This document shows, in pieces, positions 1 to 7,842 of a stretch of DNA of 64,000 nucleotides. The stretch spans positions 50,271 to 114,270 of the forward strand of contig DCKG01000017.1 in NCBI GenBank assembly GCA_002320605.1, read 5' to 3'. This DNA comes from Bacteroidales bacterium UBA1680 (GTDB taxonomy: Bacteria > Bacteroidota > Bacteroidia > Bacteroidales > UBA932). The number at the start of each line of letters is the position of its first letter. The stretch's first letter is position 1. A program made the translations under genes and the position numbers. The notes beneath the pieces were generated by a model. The model was given only the letters and a program-made list of their open reading frames with translations, did not search any database and was not told the DNA's origin.

Positions 1-2
1 TG

Positions 3-1814
3 GACAAAGCACCTACATATATGTACTCAGGCGAGAATGTCTGGAAAAGTGCTACTCTGGCTAGGTCGGCCGTGACAGGGGTTTACAATACATTGTACCC
101 AAAGTTCACCCAGAATTACACAGGTGGAATTCAGGGAGTCCCTCTTGACGCATATTCTTCTGTTATGGACATTGACATGAATTGGAGAGGTTCGTGTCCT
201 GTTATTACAGGTTCAATGACTCCTTCCACAGAAGGCATATCTACAATGTATAAGCTCTATTACACAATAGTATATAGGGCTAACGATGCAATCAACAATA
301 TCGACAAGGTTCCGGACATGGATGAGGCCGAGAAGTCAGGACTGAAGTCAGAATGTAAGTTCCTCCGTGCCTGGGCTTACACTTATCTGAATATTATCTG
401 GAAGGGAGTCCCAATATACACAGAGAATGTGCCTATTAGCGAGGCTACTAAGCCACGTTCTTCCGAGGCTGAGGTTTGGGATCAAGTCATCTCCGACCTT
501 ACTGATGTTATCAATGACACGAACATCCCTGATAAGATAGCAGCAGGGAATAGTGAATATGGTCGTGTAACGAGGGGCGCGGCACTCTGCTATAGGGGTC
601 AGGCATACCAATTCATCGATGATTATGCTAAAGCTCTCTCCGACTTTGAAAGAGTAGGCACTTTAGGTTATGACCTTTATTCACCGAGCAAAGGCAAGAA
701 AGGGAATGATGATTTTTTCAAACTCTTCAAGCCATCTAATGAGCAGTGTGATGAGATGATTTTTTCAGTACAGTGCATTCAGATGTCTGGACAGGGAAAT
801 CCTAGAGGAATCAACTATGGTAACCGTTGTACGGGTGGTTCTGCATGGAACAATTATCTGCCAAATCCAGCTTATGTCGAAAGATTCGAGAATGAAGATG
901 GTTCTAAATTCAACTGGGACGACTATTGCCCAGGCTGGAGCAGCATGACTCCGAAGCAAAGAGTCGTATTCTTTCTTAGGGATGGTCTTGTTAATGCAAC
1001 TAACGGCACATACGGAAACACTCCTGCAACATCGTTCAATGAAAAGAGATATCAGAACATGGTGGCCTATGGTGCTGACATGTCCAAATATCTTGACAAA
1101 GGAAACGAGGCACGGATCCGCGCCGCATACGAGCATCGTGATCCTCGCCTGATGCAGGAAATAATAACTCCGTACTCGACCTATTATGGATATGAGTCTG
1201 GAGTAGGTTCGCACATCTGGACACTTCGATGGCCTTACATCTTGGATGCCGGCGCTCCTTATGATGTGCGTACCGATACGAACTCTAAGGTTTACTACCT
1301 TTGGAGGAAATATGTCACCGAAGGCGATGAGTGCACCACTCGCTGGGTTTACCCTGAGGATATAATCCTTTGGAGATATGCAGAAGTCCTTCTCAGAAGG
1401 GCAGAATGCTTGAATGAACTTGGAAGGACAGACGAGGCTATCACTTATGTGAATATGGTTAGGAAACGCTGCGGCCATGTGCTACTAAATGATCCTGATT
1501 ATCCTGCCACTGCAGTGAAGGTACAAGATGATATGAGGGAGCGCATCCGCTATGAGTTCTATGTCGAGCTCGGCGGCGAGGATTCCATGTATTTCAATGA
1601 GCTTCGCTGGGGCACTTGGTATGATCTCAAGTTCCATGACCACTCATCTGGTCAGATTGGCGAGATGAACACTAATGGACTAATGCAGGTGTGGGGCGAA
1701 ACTACTTATCGCCATCAGTCTGTCGGAGAACAGTTGAAGAATGGCTGGCCGATTCCTGCAAAGGAAATGGAAATGAATAGCAACCTTACGCAGACCTCTG
1801 GCTGGAGCAACTAA
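3..1814 (+). CDS. RagB/SusD family outer-membrane glycan-binding protein (5' end lies before the window)
   Basis: The frame is open from the window edge (DKAPTYMY...). SusD motifs are present: ECKFLRAWAY, GRVTRGAA, LWRYAEVLLRRAE, C-terminal WPIPAKE..NSNLTQ. No signal peptide or lipobox falls inside the window. Confidence 0.92.
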   Translation, partial: DKAPTYMYSGENVWKSATLARSAVTGVYNTLYPKFTQNYTGGIQGVPLDAYSSVMDIDMNWRGSCPVITGSMTPSTEGISTMYKLYYTIVYRANDAINNIDKVPDMDEAEKSGLKSECKFLRAWAYTYLNIIWKGVPIYTENVPISEATKPRSSEAEVWDQVISDLTDVINDTNIPDKIAAGNSEYGRVTRGAALCYRGQAYQFIDDYAKALSDFERVGTLGYDLYSPSKGKKGNDDFFKLFKPSNEQCDEMIFSVQCIQMSGQGNPRGINYGNRCTGGSAWNNYLPNPAYVERFENEDGSKFNWDDYCPGWSSMTPKQRVVFFLRDGLVNATNGTYGNTPATSFNEKRYQNMVAYGADMSKYLDKGNEARIRAAYEHRDPRLMQEIITPYSTYYGYESGVGSHIWTLRWPYILDAGAPYDVRTDTNSKVYYLWRKYVTEGDECTTRWVYPEDIILWRYAEVLLRRAECLNELGRTDEAITYVNMVRKRCGHVLLNDPDYPATAVKVQDDMRERIRYEFYVELGGEDSMYFNELRWGTWYDLKFHDHSSGQIGEMNTNGLMQVWGETTYRHQSVGEQLKNGWPIPAKEMEMNSNLTQTSGWSN

Positions 1815-1876
1815 TGTTTTCGAGCGAGTTGTTCTTGAATTGCTATCAGGGGCAACTCCTTTTAAATTATGTATTT

Positions 1877-2962
1877 ATGAGAGAAATACGACAGTTGGAC
1901 ATAGTCCTAATAACCATTATTGCTACATTTGTGATGTCTTGTGGAGGAGGTAGTAGTTCGTCCGAAGGGAATGGCAGTGGTAATAACAATGAAGATCAAA
2001 AGGTTTACTACCGCAATCCAGTCATCAAAAATAACTGTCCAGATCCTACGGTAATTGATGACAGGACGAGGACAGGCTATTTCTATGCATATTCAACTCA
2101 GAATGGAACAAGTGGCAACGCTGACTGCAAATACCTTCCAATCTACAAATCAAAGGATATGGTGCATTGGGAGTTCGCTGCTGACGGCTTTGGAGTACAT
2201 AGACCTCAATGGGTTGACAATTCCAGAGTTTGGGCTCCCGACATCAACTATGTAAATGGACAGTATGTTCTTTATTATGCTTTGGGGGTTTGGGATAGTC
2301 CGAATCTTAGCTCTAGTGGCGTGGCTGTTTCCGATTCCCCAACAGGACCTTTTGTGGACAAGGGAGAGGTTGTGTCCTTAAAAACCATTGGCGTTGCTAA
2401 TGCAATTGATCCAATGCTTTTTATCGATGACGATGGAAGAAAATATCTCTATTTTGGCAGTTATGGCTCAAATTCAGGAATATGGGTCATTGAACTGGCG
2501 GATGACGGTCTTACCATTAAGGAAGGAACAGAAATTGTGCGGCTTGGAGCCGATAACATGGAGGGTACATATGTAATCAAGAGAGATGGCTTCTATTTTA
2601 TGTTTAATTCCAAGGGAAGTTGCTGCAGCGGAGAGTCTAGCACTTACCACGTGGTCGTTTCCAGAAGTAACTCGCCTCTTGGTCCTTTCAGCGGGCCGGA
2701 AGGTACACTCCTGACCGATTCGAACTATTCAAACACAATTCTCTCTTCTAGGAATGATAAGGTTTTCGTGGGTCCTGGACACGACGCTCAAATAATTACT
2801 GACGATTCTGGACAGGACTGGATGGCTTATCATGCTTACTGGAGGGGGAATGACTATGACGGCCGCTGCATGAATTTGGACAAGATAGTTTGGAAGAGCG
2901 GATGGCCGCGTTTTGAATATGAAGAGCCAACCGTTAGTTCCGTGTGTCCTAGCTGGAAATAA
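1877..2962 (+). CDS. GH43 family glycoside hydrolase, lipoprotein
   Basis: Five-bladed propeller catalytic motifs CPDP, WAPD, NAIDP and MEG; lipobox FVMSC after an ATG at 1877. Confidence 0.9.
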   Translation: MREIRQLDIVLITIIATFVMSCGGGSSSSEGNGSGNNNEDQKVYYRNPVIKNNCPDPTVIDDRTRTGYFYAYSTQNGTSGNADCKYLPIYKSKDMVHWEFAADGFGVHRPQWVDNSRVWAPDINYVNGQYVLYYALGVWDSPNLSSSGVAVSDSPTGPFVDKGEVVSLKTIGVANAIDPMLFIDDDGRKYLYFGSYGSNSGIWVIELADDGLTIKEGTEIVRLGADNMEGTYVIKRDGFYFMFNSKGSCCSGESSTYHVVVSRSNSPLGPFSGPEGTLLTDSNYSNTILSSRNDKVFVGPGHDAQIITDDSGQDWMAYHAYWRGNDYDGRCMNLDKIVWKSGWPRFEYEEPTVSSVCPSWK

Positions 2963-2969
2963 TTGAATT

Positions 2970-4040
2970 ATGTGTAAAAAACTAATGTTACTGACATGGC
3001 TCCTTCTCACAGCCGTTGCAAATGCCCAGGATCGTGCCGATCAGCAGCACCTGACGAACCCTGGATCTTTTTCCATGATCCTCATGGGGGATCCTCAGGG
3101 CTACACTAAATATGACATCAATCAGCCTCTGTTCGAGCTTTGCACGGTCTGGTGCGCAGATAACATCGACAACCTGAATGTCAAAGCCGTACTTCTCACC
3201 GGCGATTTGGTAGAGCAGAACGAGAACATCGTCCGCAACCGTAAAATGCTGAATCAGACAAGTAAGCAGATGTGGGAATGGGCTTCGCACTGCATGGAGC
3301 GTCTTGATGGCAAGGTGCCTTATATCATTTCGCCAGGCAATCATGAATATGGATACGTCAGGGGGGATGAAGGGTTCACCCATTTCCCTGAATATTTCAC
3401 ATTCGAGAGGAATCCCAAGCTCGCCGACTGCCTGGTGTCTGCCATTCCGAACAGGGAAGGCAGGGTCTCTCTTGAGAATTCTGCATATGCTTTCCACGAC
3501 GAGAATTGGGGAGACATCCTCGTGATTACTTCGGAGTGGGCACCGAGGGACACAGTCCTGTCGTGGGCTAAAAACCTCTGCGCAAGCGACACCTACAAGA
3601 ATTACAAAGTCATATTCATGACTCATTCTTTTCTCAGGGAAGAAACCGCCGAACGCACTAAGGACGAACACTATAAAATTCAGCCTCGCAACTATGGTCA
3701 GGATATCTGGGAGAAGCTGGTCGAGCCTTCTGATAACATCCGTCTTGTCATCTGCGGACACACCGGCGAGCCTGGCAGCTTCGAGAAAAGCGTGGCTTAC
3801 CGCAAAGACAAAAACCACTCAGGGAAAGAAGTACATCAGATGATGTTCAATGTGCAGATTCTGGGTGGTGGCTGGGAAGGCAACGGCGGAGACGGATGGC
3901 TGAGGATTCTGGAGTTCATGCCGGACGGAAAAACCATCAAGGTCAAGACTTATTCCCCGCTGTTCGGAATATCCCCGACGACTAAGCAATTTGCCCATCG
4001 CACTGGCAAGTGTGACCAATTCGACATGGTGATAAATTGA
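2970..4040 (+). CDS. Calcineurin-like metallophosphoesterase, secreted
   Basis: Motifs GDPQ, TGDLV, GNHE, THS and CGH; N-terminal signal peptide. Confidence 0.88.
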   Translation: MCKKLMLLTWLLLTAVANAQDRADQQHLTNPGSFSMILMGDPQGYTKYDINQPLFELCTVWCADNIDNLNVKAVLLTGDLVEQNENIVRNRKMLNQTSKQMWEWASHCMERLDGKVPYIISPGNHEYGYVRGDEGFTHFPEYFTFERNPKLADCLVSAIPNREGRVSLENSAYAFHDENWGDILVITSEWAPRDTVLSWAKNLCASDTYKNYKVIFMTHSFLREETAERTKDEHYKIQPRNYGQDIWEKLVEPSDNIRLVICGHTGEPGSFEKSVAYRKDKNHSGKEVHQMMFNVQILGGGWEGNGGDGWLRILEFMPDGKTIKVKTYSPLFGISPTTKQFAHRTGKCDQFDMVIN

Positions 4041-4063
4041 TATTGGAATATCGTTTGATAACT

Positions 4064-5089
4064 ATGAGAAGTCTTAGATTCTTCGCCGTGTTGGCAGGTG
4101 TTATCGTATGCATTGTTGCGTACTCGCAGCCAGGCCAGCGCCGATTGCAGTATTGGGGTAGCCCTGAGAATTATCTGAATGCGCAGGGGACTGTCATTTT
4201 GGACTTGGTCAACCAAACGCTTGACGAATGTCCGCCATCTGTAAAATATTCATTGGAAAGGAGGCAGGCTCTGACGCTGCTGGATGCTGTCTTGCATGAG
4301 ACAAAATACGATGACGGCCAACTGGTGAGGGATTTCATTGCATCTCGTCTGGACCGGGTGCTGAACGATCTGAAGAAGCCTCTTCCTTCTAAGAAAGATG
4401 TCAGAATATACAAAATATACAATGACGGATTCCTCATCCGGTCGCAGGCAGGCATCATAGCTGTTGACCTGAACGGGCGGCAAGGCTCACTCATCCCCGA
4501 TTCTCTCATGACAAAGATCGTGAGCAGGTGCGACGGGCTGTTCATAACCCATATTCATGAAGACCATTGCGACAAGAACGTAATAAATCTGTTCTCATCA
4601 ATGGACAAGCCGGTGTATGTTGTAGGAAACTACGCCCTTTCCGGCAAAAACGTGCATCTGGTTCGTTATGACGAGCCAAAGGAAGTCTCCGTAGCTATGG
4701 GTGGAGAAAAAATTCAAGTGATGGTCCTCCCAGGGCATCAGGATGACCTTTTGAATAACCTCTATGTATTCACCTTGCCGAATGGTCGCTCGGTGGCTCA
4801 TCTAGGTGATCAGTACAACGAGGAAGACATGCCAATGATAAGAAATGCCAAGGAATATGCCAAAGGCCTGGATGTGCTGATAATCAATTGTTGGAGCAAT
4901 CATTTCAACGAATATGTCGCCGGATTTTCTCCGAAGGTGATAGTGACGGGCCACGAAGACGAGCTCGGACATTCCATAGATCACCGCGAGGCATTCTGGC
5001 TGACATATTACAAGATGGAAGAAGTCTATAAGATTTCTGTCCCATATGTGATCATGGGCTGGGGAGAAGGCTTTACGTTCAGGCCTTAA
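4064..5089 (+). CDS. MBL-fold metallo-hydrolase, secreted
   Basis: HxHxDH motif (THIHEDH), plus GHQ and AHLGD; signal peptide from the ATG at 4064. Confidence 0.85.
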   Translation: MRSLRFFAVLAGVIVCIVAYSQPGQRRLQYWGSPENYLNAQGTVILDLVNQTLDECPPSVKYSLERRQALTLLDAVLHETKYDDGQLVRDFIASRLDRVLNDLKKPLPSKKDVRIYKIYNDGFLIRSQAGIIAVDLNGRQGSLIPDSLMTKIVSRCDGLFITHIHEDHCDKNVINLFSSMDKPVYVVGNYALSGKNVHLVRYDEPKEVSVAMGGEKIQVMVLPGHQDDLLNNLYVFTLPNGRSVAHLGDQYNEEDMPMIRNAKEYAKGLDVLIINCWSNHFNEYVAGFSPKVIVTGHEDELGHSIDHREAFWLTYYKMEEVYKISVPYVIMGWGEGFTFRP

Positions 5090-5126
5090 GCCATACAGGG
5101 TTTCAGCCATTGCTGTACCCTCAGGC

Positions 5127-5216
5127 TACCTTTGCAGTATGTTTGTCCGCAAGAGAAAGAAAGATGCGAACAGTCGATCTCCAGAGGGTGAGCAAAACGT
5201 CTTCGTAAGTGATTGA
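5127..5216 (+). mobile_element. Probable IS1634-family transposase 5' remnant: promoter TACCTTTG plus ORF stub MFVRKRKK...
   Basis: TAnnTTTG at 5127-5134 lies 4 nt before ATG 5139. The peptide start resembles my recollection of Bacteroidales IS1634 transposase N-termini (MFVRKKK). The frame stops at 5216. Confidence 0.4.
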
Positions 5217-5325
5217 TTATCAGCAGGGGTGCTGCTCACCTATATAAAAATCAGGCAGGGTGGGTAATTGGTATGAGCGAATATATTGATTATCAGCCAT
5301 ATGAGAAGCGCCTCCTGCTCACCCT
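5185..5325. repeat. Two tandem inverted-repeat units (AGGGTGAGCA...ATTGATTATCAGC...TGCTCACC(C)T)
   Basis: AGGGTGAGCA at 5185-5194 is the exact reverse complement of TGCTCACCCT at 5316-5325. Internal copies are CTGCTCACCT (5232-5241) and CAGGGTGGGTA (5256-5266). ATTGATTATCAGC occurs twice. Confidence 0.75.
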
Positions 5326-5497
5326 ATCCATCGACTTTAACAAAGGGGCCGGAATATATCTTGAAGTCTAAATTAGGTAAGAGGCGGGCAGCCGGAGGAG
5401 GATGGAACTAACCATGGAACAACAACCTACCGCCCCACTCCTTAACCTCTAAGGGGTGAATCTTTGCTATGGTATGAAAATGTCAGGTTGCTTATGA

Positions 5498-7837
5498 CTA
5501 TCGTCTCCCGATTTGGAACAGATCCGGAGGATTGTCATCTTTGTCTGTCCCCCTGCTCTTGCATGGCAAATCCCCCATGACAAATTCCATCATACCCCCG
5601 GAGAGTATGTCTTGGTGGCTGATATAGTTCTTAGAGTATTCTTTTCCGTTTAGACTGGCCTTTTCAATGAATATGTTGTCACGTCCTGTTTGCTTCGTGA
5701 TGATCGTGAACTTGTTACCGTTCTCTAGCCTGATCTCTGCTTTGTCAAATCTGGGACTTCCGAGGGCGTAATACTGACTCCCTGGGCATACTGGGTAGAA
5801 GCCAAGGCTGCTGAATACGAACCATGCAGACATCTGTCCGGCATCATCGTTGCCGGCAAGTCCGCCCGGTATGTCGCCATATTCATTAGTGAGTATTTTG
5901 TAGACATATTCTTGCGTTTTCCACGGCTCTCCAGCATAGTCATATAGATATGCTACCTGATGACATGGCTCATTTCCATGCCAGTAGTATTCCCCTTCGA
6001 ACAAGGTGTCAAGTTTCTCAATGAAACTGCCCCTTCCTCCCATGGCCTCCATGAGACCATGCAGATCATGGGGTGCGAACCAGGTATAATGGCATGGTGC
6101 GCCTTCGGTAATGTATGAAGCCATTGCAAAAGGATTGTTGTCCTCGCAGAAGCTTCCGTCCTTGTACCTCCCGTTTGCATATCCGGTCTTGGGATCGATG
6201 ACGTTACGGTAGTTCTCGCTTCTTTTCTTGAGGATTGCGTAGTCCTCGTCCTTGTTAAGGATGGCAGCAACCTGTGAGAGAACAAAGTCATCGTAGGCAT
6301 ATTCAAGAGTCCTGGAGGTTTGTTCCTTTGTGTGGAATGCTTCCGGGACAGAATCCTCCAATGGAATGTATCCATGCTTCAAATAGCTCTCAAGAGCACG
6401 TCTTCCCATTCCGTTGGCATATTCTTCGTGGGTTTCAGGCATCTCAAAGGCGTTCTTGCGCGTAGCCTCGTATGCAGTCTCGACATCGAAGTCCCGTATC
6501 CCTTTCACTATCGCATCGCCAATTGCGGCTGTACAGTGATCCCCAATCATTGCTGCTGTGTAGCTGTTCCAGCAGGGGAATATCGGTAGCCATCCTCCCT
6601 GTTTGTACTTTAGGACAAGAGATCGCATCATGTTAGCGCTCTTGGATGGGGAAATAAGCACTAGAAGCGGGTGAAGAGCCCTGAACGTGTCCCACATAGA
6701 GTAGTCATCATACACCGGCCTTCCATCTTCTGATTTCAGAATATGTTCCCCCTTTGAGAACATTGGATATCTTCCATCCACATCACTAATCGTCCTTGGA
6801 AGGAAAGAGGCTCTGTACAGCGAGCCATAAAATTTTCGGAGTAGGGAGGAGTCGGTACTTGTCACAGTTATCTGCCCTAAGTGCTTATTCCATATCGATG
6901 AGAGTTCCCTTCTAATGTCATCGAATTTTTGGTGTGGGATTTCGGAAGAGAGGTTATTGAGGGCACCTTCCATATCCGTGAAAGAACTAGAAGCTCGAAC
7001 TATAATCGGTGAAGAAGGATCTTTTCGATGGAACCGTATCCACAACCCTATGTTTTTCTTGTTCTCAATCATCGTTTCTCCTTCGAAAATATTATTGTCG
7101 CAGTATGTACCGTAATCTTCGATTGCATCTGAGTATTTAACGACGAAATAGCCCTTGTAACCGGCTGGTTTGCCCCATCCCTGATATATTCTGTGGATTG
7201 GATTGTATCCTCGTATTTCTTTCCTCACCGTGTCGATTTCGATATGGCCGGCTCCTTCATCGCTGTTCGGGTTGATGATGAGGTAGGCAGGCAATTCCTC
7301 GGGATATGAGAATCTGAATATCGCACTTCTCGAGCGCCCTGTCATCTCTGCCGTAATCCCGGAGCCTTTCATATACACGGAATAATACGAGGGTGTAGCG
7401 ATTTCGTCACTATGGCTGAAGATGACTCCTCGATCGGATGGAGACGTGTAGCTTATGCCGGTTGAGGGAAACAGAGTCATCGATCCGTAGTCCTGAGTGC
7501 ACCCCCCAACTATCCAGTGAGAGTTCCTGAACCCTTGTATTAATGTGTCCTTGTAATAATATGGCGCAATGCACTTTCGCTCCGAATCCCGAGTCTGAGG
7601 AGTCCAAAAATTCATTCCATTGGGCTCTAGCACCGAAGGAAGGGTCTGTCCGTATTCCTCGCTTCCTTTTCCATACCTTCCTTCGGTGGACATTGCGTTG
7701 GCAGCTGTCCCAACGCGGGTATCAATATAATAGGTTAGGTTAGAATCAACTTGTTTGTTGCAACTGAAAATGCTTCCAAGACAGATGAGAAGGAATAATA
7801 TTCTTCGCATACCTATTCTTAAAATGTGTTCGGACAT
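5498..7837 (-). CDS. GH92 alpha-mannosidase, lipoprotein (start may be 7810)
   Basis: Motifs SMWDTFRALHPL, MIGDH, TSRTLEYAYDDF, ITEG, HGNEPCH and GNDDAGQMSAW; lipobox IFSC. Confidence 0.93.
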   Translation of the reverse strand: MSEHILRIGMRRILFLLICLGSIFSCNKQVDSNLTYYIDTRVGTAANAMSTEGRYGKGSEEYGQTLPSVLEPNGMNFWTPQTRDSERKCIAPYYYKDTLIQGFRNSHWIVGGCTQDYGSMTLFPSTGISYTSPSDRGVIFSHSDEIATPSYYSVYMKGSGITAEMTGRSRSAIFRFSYPEELPAYLIINPNSDEGAGHIEIDTVRKEIRGYNPIHRIYQGWGKPAGYKGYFVVKYSDAIEDYGTYCDNNIFEGETMIENKKNIGLWIRFHRKDPSSPIIVRASSSFTDMEGALNNLSSEIPHQKFDDIRRELSSIWNKHLGQITVTSTDSSLLRKFYGSLYRASFLPRTISDVDGRYPMFSKGEHILKSEDGRPVYDDYSMWDTFRALHPLLVLISPSKSANMMRSLVLKYKQGGWLPIFPCWNSYTAAMIGDHCTAAIGDAIVKGIRDFDVETAYEATRKNAFEMPETHEEYANGMGRRALESYLKHGYIPLEDSVPEAFHTKEQTSRTLEYAYDDFVLSQVAAILNKDEDYAILKKRSENYRNVIDPKTGYANGRYKDGSFCEDNNPFAMASYITEGAPCHYTWFAPHDLHGLMEAMGGRGSFIEKLDTLFEGEYYWHGNEPCHQVAYLYDYAGEPWKTQEYVYKILTNEYGDIPGGLAGNDDAGQMSAWFVFSSLGFYPVCPGSQYYALGSPRFDKAEIRLENGNKFTIITKQTGRDNIFIEKASLNGKEYSKNYISHQDILSGGMMEFVMGDLPCKSRGTDKDDNPPDLFQIGRR

Positions 7838-7842
7838 GAATA

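Noticed and set aside
2988-3818. Long antisense ORFs (e.g. 2988-3818, 24034-24816, 25773-26765, 28257-28877, 33300-34190)
   Set aside because: These are shadows of well-supported genes on the opposite strand and lack motifs.
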